Origin: Auanema rhodensis
Lineage: Eukaryota > Animalia > Nematoda
Direction of reading: 5' to 3'
NCBI GenBank assembly: GCA_964057225.1
Contig: OZ059897.1
Coordinates: forward strand, 12,772,001 to 12,836,000
Length of the DNA stretch: 64,000 nucleotides
A program made the translations under genes and the position numbers. The notes under the pieces were generated by a model. That model did no database searches. It was not told the origin of the DNA and saw only the letters and a list, made by a program, of their open reading frames with translations. Positions 25,319 to 37,595 of this stretch are shown piece by piece (the first letter of the stretch is position 1; each line of letters opens with the position of its first letter).

Positions 25319-26184
25319 CTAATAAATATGCTTAAATGGGAACAGCCTTCGGTAAATGGTAGCAAGGTCTGGCTTTTTGATTCCGAAGAAGGAAGAAAAC
25401 TCAGCATCGGTAGGTTGCTCGATAAGTTCTACATTTGTTATTTCCTTCTTCTGTTGAAGCTCAGATACTTCCGTTGATGGTTCAATGATTTCAATCTTTT
25501 CTTCTGGTTGAACATTCTCAGAAATTTCCTTGTTTTCAACTGTTTCTTTTGTTTTTTCTTCTTCAATCGTAGCAGTAGGCTCGACGACAGCTGTGGTGAC
25601 AGTTTCTTCTTTCTTGGTTTCTATCGTAGTCTCTGTTTGAGTGGTAGTTGTAGACGGAGTTTCAGAAGAAGTAACTTCAAGTTCTATATTAAAAATTCAA
25701 ATTAAAAATAAAAATATTTCAAGAAATGCTAACCTTTCTCCGATGTTTTTTCGGATGTTTCTTCCTTTGGGATAACAACAGCATAGGTCGTTTCAATGTT
25801 CTCCTCAGTTGTGGTGCTAATTTCCTTGATATTTTCTTCAGTAGTAGTGATTACAGTCTGTTTTTCTTCGACTGGTGTCGAAGTACTTGTAGACTCTTGC
25901 TTAACTGTTGTCTCTTCTTCTACAGTCTTGATAGATGATGAATCAGGAATATTACTACTAGACTCAATGGTGATTATGGTAACGGGAACTTCAGATGTCG
26001 TTGGAACATTTTCGTTTTTATCTTCAATAGCAATAGTAGCTGTGATGGGTTCAGAGTTGGGTGAATTAGTAACTGATGCTGCAGAATTTGTTTTTTCAAT
26101 GAGTTCTTGTAGATCAGCATAGCTATAAGCATTAGCTAGAACAGCCAGAGATAACGATAAAAGTGCTACAAATTTGAAAGACAT
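25319..26184 (-). CDS. Secreted Thr/Glu/Ser-rich mucin-like protein, 2 coding exons
   Basis: Signal peptide MSFKFVALLSLSLAVLANA, a low-complexity T/E/S body, an intron at about 25684-25733, and exon 2 ending ...KPDLATIYRRLFPFKHIY*. TATA-like CTATATATAAG on the - strand at about 26359-26369. Confidence 0.85.
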
Positions 26185-27868
26185 CTTGATAACACTGAAT
26201 AAGGTGTAGAAATATTTAGAATATTGTCGAGATTTCAAATAACTTGTGAATTGGACAACACAAGACCACACTGGTGATCAAATTCAGACAGATAGCTGAG
26301 ACCTGAGGGCAAATGAGAACTTCGGACGTTGTTGCAACGGAGAAGGGCGTTATGTTCTCTTATATATAGTGGTCAAGAGGCTTTGTGTGTCAACAGTCTC
26401 AGAATTTCTGATTTGCCAACAAGCCGTTTTTCGCACCCTCGCACCCCCAGGACGCTATGTTTGTTCTTGTCGTTCGTTCAACGTTTCGTTCTTCATCTTC
26501 TTCTTTTCCTTTATCTTCTTCAGCGACAGTCTTTTCGTTTTCTTCTAGTTGACCTCTCGTGATCCAGCTTTCAGACACCGCCCTCATCCGGCCGTAGGCG
26601 TTTCTTTGAGCACATGAGCCTTGAGGCTAGTCTGTTCAATAGGTGCATTTGAATAGGAATAGGAAGAATGTTGCCTATTGTCTGGGAGGAATAGATTTGA
26701 AACATAAAACCTTCAGGTAATCATTAACCTCACATTAGTATTAATTTTCGAACCCAATTACTGAAGAATAATTTTGAGAAAATCTCTCAGATAACTTTTT
26801 TTCAAACACGTGTAGAGAACGAAAAACGAACTTCTCCTTTTTGGGTGGGGCTCCGTTTATGAGTGCTTATTGCTATAAGACGACAGCTCAACGCTAGTGT
26901 TATCGTGTACTCGAACCACGATCCGACAAGTAAAAAAAGCGAACGAGACATGGACAGCAAAGATGTTTTCAGAAATGCGTAGGATTTTTTCATGCTCTGC
27001 GGCAATGTTACATATTTTTCGACGACAATTCCGATGTCTCCGGTTTCTCCAGCACTTTAAGCGTCCTATATTCTGTACGAATTTGCAAACTGTAGGGGCG
27101 AGAAAAGCTGAGGTTAAGAACACGCGGACTGATCTCAAAAGGTCGAAACTGGAATTATATCTGAGTCTTTTTTTTTAATAAGAAGAAGCATGCTGTTGAA
27201 AGGGGAGAGATTGAAAAAAACAGCATCTGCTTAACTGAGTTCCATTTAAAACTGCGGTTTGTTGTCCTTGGATTTTAGAAAAATTCCAAAAATTTGATTT
27301 TCAAAAATGAGGAGTGTTTCTCTTTTATTTGGTATTATTCATGAATTTAACCGTGTTTTCATAGAAGAAAAACGATTTGATCTGTACATCATGAAACTTT
27401 AAAAGAAAAAAATTATTGTGTTTTGGTTTTGAAGCATATTTACATTAGAATGTTCTAAGACGAAATCACACAACTCATGGAAATAAACTATGCGAATTTC
27501 ATAAGCAAATAGATATTTGATTTGGAATCCATATTATAGTTTTTAGATTTTTATTATTAGATTATAAATAGCTTTTGCTTCAATTTTCGGATCAACTCAA
27601 TTCAATTATTTTCTTGAGAATCTTTTTGAGATCAAATTCAAAAAATCTTTTATATTCGTTGATGAGATAAGGGATATGAAACAGATGATTTGATTGTAGA
27701 TTGATGATCTACCTCTATCACAGCTATATATCAATATAACAGACAGATAGATGCTTTCTCAGTATATTTTATCAAAATTTTTAAAAATCTTTATATGAAA
27801 TGAAAGAAAAATAATTGAAAACAGCAACGAGCAGTTTAAGTGAATAACTGTTTTTATCTGACTTGAAG

Positions 27869-28650
27869 TTATAAAGGCATATTTCGGTCTACAATAAGTT
27901 GGGAATGATTAGAATTAACAAATAAATTTATAAATTTAGTCCATTTCTTCATTCTTTCTAAAATCCATGTTTCATTTTTCATTCGGAGTGGATCATCATC
28001 TATTCTAACAGTTATTTCTTGAATTTTACTTGATATCAGGTGCTCTAGGAACTGAAACAAAAAAAAATTAAATTATTTTTCATTGTATTCATGTTATTTC
28101 TTGTTTTTGTCACAATATTATAATACTACCAATCATTTAGAAAAGCAACAAATGTTTGTATTTTGACGAACATTGTTTTTTTCAATTTCATTTGTTTCAT
28201 GAAGCAAAAATCAAAATGTATCATGACGTCGTGAAACTTGCCGTTAAAAGATGCTCAGCTTCTTCTGGACTTCGAGCATGATAGAAGAATGTACGATTAT
28301 TTGCAAATAGCCCTTTGATCTCAGAACACTCCCAATAACCAGTTGATGAGATCTGAAATGCATATACGAACAGAAAATTGAGCAGTTCCTTGAGTAAACT
28401 AAAAGTAGAATATAGAATATACCTGGTTTGCATGCATGTTGTGCAAGTTCATGGAATAAATATCATTTTCTTGAATTTTAAATAATTCAATGTTTGAGTT
28501 TTGTGAAGTTAAATCTTCTGATAATACAGGTGTTAGTGAATTTTGCGAACTAGACAAGGGATACAAAGCACAGATTCCTTCCCATACTAGCAGATTATTA
28601 TGGTTATCTAGCTCATACCAAGCACGTATTTCACGCGGAAATGATAGCAT
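27869..28650 (-). CDS. Orphan protein of unknown function, 3 exons, second intron probably GC-AG
   Basis: MLSFPREIRAWYELDNHNNLLVWEGICALYP...MHANQ|ISSTGYWECSEIKGLFANNRTFFYHARSPEEAEHLLT|FLEHLISSKIQEITVRIDDDPLRMKNETWILERMKKWTKFINLF...; both junctions phase 0. The start codon and a possible extra 3' exon (to about 27592) are uncertain. Confidence 0.55.
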
Positions 28651-28955
28651 AAGTATATAGAAACAATGAGAATTCAATTTGTTACAAAACGATTGGAATA
28701 AAACCAGATGGGAAGAGATTGATCGTGGATAAGCTGAGAGAAACAAAGCACTCCACGAGTTGCACCACACCACCCCACTCATCATAGCTTCCGTTGGTTT
28801 ACTTTTGAGCAGTCGCAACACAAACAGAAAAGTTAATAATCGTTTCTCAATTCAAGTGTTTACTGTTTCAAAATAACAAATTCTTTCATTAAGCGTATTT
28901 CCTTTAAAAAAGTTTTGTATTTTTAATACTTTTGTAATGATTTCTTTACAGTAAT

Positions 28956-29180
28956 TTCATATGAAGTTATGCATTTATTCATAAAAGTTCATTTAAACTA
29001 GTTATATATGTGATATTTCACGTATTGTAGCTTGGTTATACGTAAAAGTTCACGTAAACTATCCTTTCTTGGTATAGTTCACGTGAAATCGTCCGGTTAT
29101 TCTGTAAAGTTCACGTAAAGTAGCCCGGTCATCACTACAAGTTCAAGTAAACTGGTTGTGCTTGCAAGAGTTCACGTGAA
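28956..29180. repeat. Degenerate tandem array of TTCACGTRAA-like motifs with 32/29-bp spacing
   Basis: Motif starts at 28956, 28988, 29017, 29049, 29078, 29110, 29142 and 29171; the spacers are highly diverged. Confidence 0.85.
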
Positions 29181-30268
29181 AATAATTGTTTCTCTATTAT
29201 TCTTTATATTTTCTCTGTTTTGTTTATAATATTTTCTTTTGTATTACTATTTTTGTATAATAAAATATAACAAATAATATAAGTAAAATTCATTTAGTCT
29301 GAAACAAGAAATTCAAACTTAAATAAAATGCTGGCAATCAGCTAGGCTTCTGTTTGTACACATAATAAATCTTAAAAAAAACATTAAAAGGAGTAAAATA
29401 ATAATATGAGGAAAAAAACAAAAACTCGTAAACTTAGCACATGTGTGGGACAAAATTCTGTATTATTAAGGTGCAAGTCTAAGGTTTTCATCGGAATCTC
29501 ATAAAGATCCTAAACAGTTTTTCCAAAAAAAGAAGAAAGAATGAAAGGGTTTCAGGCATTTTAAATAAAATTAATTTTTTGTTCAAAAATTCTGAAAACA
29601 CACATGTGCTGGAGATTCTGATGAGAAGCTGTCTTCAAAAGGGAGGGGGTGAAGGAGGAGGAGGAGTTGGCATATGACAGTCTAAAGAAACTTGAGTGTT
29701 CTTAAAATTATATAAAAAATGATACAATCTAATGTTTCAATATTCAAAAACTATATTATCTATTAATAATATAAATTTTTGAAAATTAAACATTTTTCTT
29801 TTTAACTAAAAAAATAAGAAAAAATGAAGGAAAGTATTTGAGGAAAACATTTTATAATTGTTATTAAAGTGCACCTTATATATGTGAATGATTAGATTTT
29901 ATGTGACTTTGATTGTATGAAAAACTTCTTTCTTTTTGTTTTTTTTTGTTTATAAAAAGCATGGAATGTTAATATCCTGCAGTGTGCTTAGCATAATTTG
30001 AAAGAAAATTTGAAACTTCTGATGGGAGGGGGCTGTAAGGGGGTTGTGTTGATCAACTTTTCAACCACTAAAAAGCAAACTGGCCAGCGGTTAGTTGATT
30101 TGAAAATCATAAAAAAATTATATATAAATATATGAATGATTAAAGTGACCTAACAGGAGTTCTAACAAATCAAAATGAGATTATCAATGAATGTAAGAGA
30201 AAAATGAGAAAGCCAATGGAATTCAGATAATTGAAATGACTTCAACACATTTCAATATATAGTTATTT

Positions 30269-33200
30269 CTATGATGTTAGCCTGAATAGTGAGCATTGGG
30301 ATTCGGGGCCAGTGTTTACAGCAAATACAAAACAGAGTACCATTAAAGTATCTTCCGTATCTTTATCTGTTACAACCTGAAAAGATAAGATTTTTATTTA
30401 GAAGTTTTTATAAAATAATAATTTTTACCTGTAAAACAGTAAAGTTATCCAAAACTTTATTCATTTCTTCTACGTTTTCGCATTTCTTTAATTCTTTGAT
30501 AAATTTAACCATGAATTCACACATGGGACTGTTTTCCAGTCGGAACGCAAAATGATCATTTTCCTCTTCTGCTGAATATATCTGAAATCAAAGAAATAAG
30601 AAACAGCTATGAAATCAGAATATCTTACCTCAACTTTCTCCACAACTTCGCTACCAAAGGAGCAAACCTTTGTAGAAACTGAGATATCAAATCGATTTAA
30701 TGATGTATAATATGAATCTACAGCAAATGAATGTCTACTAAATAATAAATAGTTAGTTTATTTGTTTTGAATTTTCTTTGAAACATACTTATCTCCAATC
30801 GTAAATTGAACATTTGCCCAACATTTTGCTAAGAAAAATGCATCTTTTGGACCTTTTTCATAGAGTTCACGTAATAATGGTGGATATTTATCCGCAATAT
30901 TTCCCATTGATAGTTTCTAAAAATATAAAATTATAAGATTTGTTTTTAAAAAGAATTTTCAATGTTGAATTTTTTATAAAATTAATGATAACTTACCACT
31001 AAATCTCCCACATGTCGGGGAATATTTACAATATCAACCCGTTGACCATTAGGTCTTTCAACATAACTGAAACATTTTATATGAAATATCTATCATTCAT
31101 ATCATATCCAATGATAACTTACGCTGTGAATCCGTTTAACATAAGTTTTGATGAAGCAATAGCTGTTGGATTTATCATATTCTCGCAATTGATTGGTGTC
31201 GGTACCATTGAAAAGGGAGATGAAAACGGTGTGCTACTGAAATTAGAGATTTTTTAAATTTTTTTCCTTTTTTTTTCCTTCAAACTTGATATTTTGATAA
31301 TTTTGCTGTTAACTATTGAGTCATATTTACATCATATGTATATAGATTCCCTTCAACGATATTGAGAGGTTATGTTTATACATGTAAAGTCAGTTCAATA
31401 GTGATTGCTAATGCCTCGTGATCAAAAATATCGATAAGAAAAATGGCAAATTCATTGGTTGAAATCTAATTGATAAGATGCTCAATTAAAACGGAAAAGG
31501 TAGCCAAAATATTTGGTTTGGATTTTTATTCAATAATCATCTTGTTTTCAAATTTTCAATTAAAGTTGCAAAATAGAGATAATATTGTATATGAACTTTC
31601 AACTTACACTACTGGTTTCATATCCGGAGATGAGAAGCCGGTCGAAGGGTTTTGAAATGTTGGGAATGTCCAGAAATGTGGATACATAGCAGCCGCCGGA
31701 AGAAGTGCTGTCTTGCTGAACAATTGAAGTTGTTCAGAATCAGTAATATTGAGCGATGGATTTGATGGCAATGAAATCTGAAACATGATACAGTTTAGAT
31801 GAGATGGATTCATATACAATATTAATACCTGTGTAAACGGGGCAACATTTGGAACACGTGGAGGAATTTGTTTTGATACTACATTTGGTTCTTGTTTAAT
31901 TGTTGGGGCAGTTGAAGAAGGTATCGTAGTTATCGGAGGAGGTACAGGTGTAGATGTTACAGAAACTGGACTTCCGTTCATAAGCACCGAGGAAGTAGAA
32001 TCTGTTGCCTGCAAAAACGAGCATTTTCAATTAGGTTTCAAGAATTCATACTGATTACCTTCTTTTTCGCTTGTTCATCGCGTTGCTTTTTTCTTGCTAA
32101 AACTTGAATATGTGAGCTAACTTGTTTCCGAGTTCGTGTCTTTCCACAACGAAGTTTAATATAACGAGCAATCAGTTCATTTCGACCTGTAGTAATTACA
32201 AGTTAGTAATATTCAATAGAGATGGTTGAAGAATTTACAGATTTTACTCCCTTAATATGTAAAAAAATATTTTATAAACTGTCAAAATTGAAATAGATTC
32301 AAAGCAAAAATAAAGTTAATTCCTGGTACTATAGCTATATTGACATAGAATAATCATATCAAATCAGTTTTATTCTTTATTCTCAAGTAATTTCAATTGA
32401 ATTTAAATACTTGGAAGTATCTATGTTTATACGAATATGTATTCTCAAAACTTCATTCGTTTTGTATCTCGGTTTCAGCTTGATCTTTGTAATCACTTCC
32501 CTGACTCCCACCCATACATACTATATGCTTTGTCTAATGAGGGTTTACATCATATCAACTACAATGCATTCACGAAAATGAAATCATTAAATTATGGAAA
32601 TAATAATAGAATATATTCTACTTATTCTATATATAATATAGATTTATTTCAAATCTATTGATATGTTATAATAAACATCTGTTGAGTTGTCAATTCAACA
32701 AAAAAAAATTTCTCTCATTTCTCTATGTCTAATTAGTTTCTTTACTATTTAGTTAATCCATCATATTCAATGACTCTTGATATATCTCAGCTCAATCATT
32801 TATTAACTATATGTATGGTTAATTATTTAATTATATATGTTTCGTCAAATTGTTTTGAATGAGCCACTTCTTTTCAACACGTGGTTTTCTCTTTACCTCT
32901 ATTCTTATAAAGTTCTCATTATCTGACTTATTTTTCTTCTTTTCTGTTTATAGAAGCGGAGAATAATTTTTTTTTATATTTCAAAGTATTGTTTGGGAAT
33001 TTCAAAAAAAAGTTGTAACTTAACAAAAATATAAAATAATTTCTACTCATGCAAGAGATGTAAATATTAGATACTTAAGGTGAGAGAATGATGAATAGTT
33101 GAAATTTGATCTGCATAAGGATGTTAGACTATCCTAAAACAAATAGTATATCTCAATAAACTTCTAAAAACGATCTGCTTAACACGTTAAGTGATTGTAA

Positions 33201-35868
33201 CCATCTGCTAATTATAAATATAATATTTATTATATAATTTGAATAGATGCTCTCCAAGCATGAACATGTTTCTCAATTTAAAGAAAAGCTCTTGATCCAT
33301 TCAACTTTGAAGAGGGTTAACTACAAATGATGCCAAACAGTTTAAGACATACAGTATATATAGTTTTTACTTTATTTTTGATTCCAACCCTTTATAGACT
33401 TCACAAGTAAAATATTATTTGGCTGAGCAGACTATGCATTCTTAGATTCTGATGTAGGAACCACCCTAACCAGAATCCAGCTGCCTCCTGCTGTGTTGTC
33501 GTTAGGATGAAAAGAGTTGGAGAGCTTTGTGAATCCATATTTGTGTAAATAAGTTAATCCACTTGTACCAGAAGGTTAGACGAAACATCTCTTTTTCATT
33601 TATACATACATATGCGACTTTGCTCACAAACAGTTTGTTTGTATTGGCTGAAGATGAGCTATTCTAAGCTCATCTTCTTACTTCTTAAATCTCGTCGGCA
33701 GACTTTGAAGTTCTCTTTCAACCTCTGGCTCGAAGCTTAGCCATACTCACTACCCGATTACATGAGCTATAAACTACTTTCAAAGACACTGCAGGATATG
33801 AAATACATCATTAAGTGCTCATTGTTTAAATTGACCAAATACTATGTAACTTAAGAAATTGTTTTATTTGAGCAGAGTACCAATGAGCAAGGAGAAACCA
33901 TTATAGCAATAGATTGATGAGAGGTTGCATGGAACTATGTGGATGTTTTCAAGCATTAGAATACCATCTTTCTGCTTATTGAGGATTTTAAACAGATGTA
34001 TAATGAACCTGTCTTCGTTCGTCTTGAGACTATCAATCAATAAAGCCTACTTAGTATATGGAATGTTGGCTTATTGTCGTCGGTATTCATGAATCTCTTA
34101 TTCGGTAGTCTCTCTAGTCGTCTATATTTCCCTAGGAATAATACCATCTGATCACAGCAGCAGTGGTATGTTTTCTATTACTCTCTCTATATCTCTCTTT
34201 TTAATATCTATCTGGCATTCTCTCTCTCAACATTCTTTTCTCTCTATTTTTACCACCTCAAAAAGGAATTGAAAGCCAGGGTAACAGGAGGCTATGCAGC
34301 AGATGGTCCATGCTACTCATCCACATATAGCCTTGGCACATGATGCATCTGCTCCTCTTCGTATGTTGACCTTTGACAAAAGAATAGCTGCCACTACATC
34401 TCTTAATAGAGACGTATGCAGATGAGCATGGCTTCACTAAAGAGACCATGCGATTCTGAAGCAAAAAAAGAGAGAGAAGAATAGAGCACAAAGGATTAAG
34501 AGAGATAGAGAAATAGAGTAAGTGAGATCAACACAGTGAGACACGTGAATAGAATGATTTGAATGAGCACTGTCCGACAGACTATAATAATCATCATTTC
34601 CTCAATGCTTTCTTTTTTTCTTGTCTCTAGAAGCAACTAGTAAGTCATCATTCTCATGAATGAGCATGATGATCGATTTAGAATCCATGACCGTACAAAA
34701 CGATAACGACAGTTAATGTCTGCAGTAACTTACCATACATCTTCCCTTCATCGCTGATGATGATTTTCCGTCTCCCACATGGAGGGTAAATTGCAAGAGC
34801 TTCCTGGAATGCTTGATCAATATCAACACTCCAAACTCCTTCAGCATCTCCTGTTAAGTCTGAGCCTGTGGCAGTTGTTGATGAGCCTTGTCCAGGCTCT
34901 TGTTGTCCACCAGCCGGATCACCGGCAGGAGGTGATAGCTGAAATAATGATGAAATTAGAAATGATTTGAATATTGATTTTGAATTTTTCAAGTTGTATT
35001 GGTACAATTTTAATATTTGTCACTCAATAGTATTGGTGAAATCGAGCAGTTTTGCCATGTTCGCTGTGAACCACTTGACGAGGTCAGCATAATTGGTTGT
35101 TCAGACGAATCTGGATCGTAATGACTACGACGATCAACTTACTACTGCCACCTGCTTCTACAGTGGTCTAATCGACAGAAGAAAAAAAAATTTTCTGTAG
35201 ACTACGTTAGAGCAATGGATTATAAGCATGAACTTTCTTTCTAAGATTGAAAATATAATATATACCGTAATCATTTGGCCACCTCCGTTAGACAAGTTAT
35301 TTGGATGATTAGCAGAAGTGTTAGGACTCCAGACGTCTTTTGTCGGAATATGGCTCAAACTGAAAAAAAAAGAATGAAATGATTAAGATATGAAGAATAG
35401 AATAAAGAAATAAAAGAGAACATTATACAAAAATAAAAGGAAATACATATATATTTATATATATGAAAATACAATAAAATGTTAAAATTTTTATGAAAAT
35501 CAACTTATACAAACAGTGAAAAATGAAATATATGGTAATTGCTGATTGGAAGATGGAAACGACGATGAATCATGAAAAAGCGAAAAAAAAAGGAAACTTG
35601 TTTGAAGCCATTAAATGAATCATTACAAAATGACAAGTCAGCTTTTCTTCGTTTACATCTTTTTCGTTTTTTTTATTTGAAATGCTTTGATTCGAAATTT
35701 TCACAGAAAACGAACTGTAGTGTACGAGTAGTGAATATAATATTATACAATTGATAAAATAATTGTAAAAAGATTGGATACAAACCTCGGATTAGGTATA
35801 GCTTCTAAATTGGAAGTTGCTAGAGGAACTGTTTGAGCTATTGCTGATATTCCGTCTTCTTCTTTCAT
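30269..35868 (-). CDS. egl-44: TEAD/TEF-1 (Scalloped) transcription factor EGL-44, about 12 exons
   Basis: TEA domain [72 protein letters not shown], split by the 2.5-kb intron 32188-34731. YAP-binding domain [18 protein letters not shown]...[16 protein letters not shown]...[15 protein letters not shown]...[12 protein letters not shown]...LMVLCFVF. The first coding exon MKEEDGIS... follows a TTTTCCAG acceptor. Confidence 0.95.
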
Positions 35869-37546
35869 TTCTGGAAAAATATGTTCAATTTTGGCAAAAA
35901 AAGACGAGTAATCGAGTTTTTTAATCATGATAACATGAATAGATGAGAAGCACAAGTAAAAGCTAATAATAGGATCAAAAGTCATGATTCATAAAGAGAA
36001 AAGAAGATGTTGGGTAGAGTTCATGTGAAGAACTCCACCCCAAAAATAGCTTGTATACGAGTCATTTTCGAAATTTTCTTATCGTATTGATTTGAAATAA
36101 TAATAATTAGTCCTTCTTTGGGATTAGATATGTGATCTGGGTGAGACTAGTCTATGTTTGGGTGTTGTGAAGGAAAAACAGAAAAGAAAATCAAAAGTTA
36201 GATGAAGAGAAAAGAAAAGCAAAAAAAAGATCTTGACCAGATTTCTCATCTTGTAATCTGGAATTGCAATCAAATAAAAGTTTTGAAGACAAATTCATGG
36301 TGGACGTCGATGTCGCTCAAGTTTATGAAATGATGTGCTAACGTTCGGAACATATGCAGCATGAAATGGTGCAACGCTGATAGCAATAGAATCTGATGAG
36401 TAGAAAGTGTGAAGAGGTCACCGTTGACTTCAACATAAAATGATTCGGGAGGAAAGACGCGTGGCAGTAAAGGAACTGAAACGACATCATTGAAATGAGA
36501 AAATAGTATTAATATATGAGAGATGAACAGAGAATTTATCAAATCTTTTCTGATAAGAGTGCCCCGAAGGCATCGTTCAAATAGACAAAAAATGGGCGAA
36601 AGACAAATATTAATGTGATCATAGAAATCTTTATGGAAACTATAAAGAAACGTTAAATCATTTCCGGTAATTTTGAAAGGTTTAAAAATAGTAAATTTTA
36701 TGGAAATTATATAACTGTGATGATTTAAATTTATAAAATATTAAAAGAACTTTAAAATTTTAATCAAAATATTAGTCTATATTTGGAGAAAAAATGAAAA
36801 TAAAAATTACTAAAATGTAAAAAAAAGTACAAAAGTTCATGAAATGTCATCAAAATTATAAATTGAACAATAATCAAATACTATAAGTATGTTAAGAAAA
36901 ACTATTAGACTTTTTCTTCGAAAAAAAAGATTCATATTGTATTGACCAATAGAGATTTTAATGAATAGAAACTTGAAAAACTTGAAAATTGACGAATAAT
37001 TAGCAGTAGTGCAAGATTTTGATATATAAATAAATTTTTTTAAAAATTGTTACCATAAAATATAAAAGTTAAAATCAGGTTTTCAACAAGAAAAATCAAA
37101 GTTTACAGCCTGCACCAAGTGCTTCTACACAAGTTATCAAGAGCTCAACGAGTTAAACTAACAGTTTTCCCTCATCGTCACTTCTCTTCTCTGTTTTTCT
37201 TTCTTATTCTCATAATCTTTTGCAACCTTTTTAATGATACATAAAGTTAACAGCGCAGTTGTATATGAAAAGTAAGCTGAGAAATTTTCCAAGACAAAAA
37301 TGAAAAAAAAAGAAAAGAAAATATTTGAAAAATACTGTTCAAATAAAAAAAACATGTAGTTTATAGAGATGTTATGAGCTGGATAGAACGTAATACTGTT
37401 TGACCCATAGTAGTTTGGGTCAGCTAACACCTGGGTGAGTGAGCTGTCGTCGACCTGCCACATGACTATATTAAGAAGATGATGATTACAGCATTCATCT
37501 TTGTAGAGAAGGAACAAAAAAACAAAAAATGCAATATATATAAAGA

Positions 37547-37551
<5 letters not shown>

Positions 37552-37591
<40 letters not shown>
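37552..37591. repeat. (AG)n microsatellite
   Basis: About 20 AG units. Confidence 0.95.

Positions 37592-37595
<4 letters not shown>

Noticed and set aside
25508-26122. + strand hydrophobic ORFs
   Set aside because: Antisense shadows of the Thr/Glu-rich - strand gene.
26802-27178. Overlapping 67-93 aa ORFs on both strands
   Set aside because: No splice-consistent model or recognisable motif; more likely GC-richer regulatory DNA upstream of the mucin-like gene.
14379-28870. piRNA Ruby motifs CTGTTTCA (14379, 28863, and about 27678 on the - strand)
   Set aside because: Too sparse for a piRNA cluster and compatible with chance.
28956-29180. CRISPR interpretation of the motif-spacer array
   Set aside because: Eukaryotic context, a repeat of only about 10-12 bp and degenerate, spacers related to each other, and no cas genes.
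29611-29645. Hammerhead-like CTGATGA-GAAG-CTGT-CTTC-AAAA
   Set aside because: The conserved GAAA is AAAA, and stems I and III with a cleavage triplet cannot be formed.
35031-35158. Possible extra egl-44 exon ([17 protein letters not shown]...)
   Set aside because: Its open frame does not fit the phase-0 flanking junctions, and the flanking exons join correctly without it.
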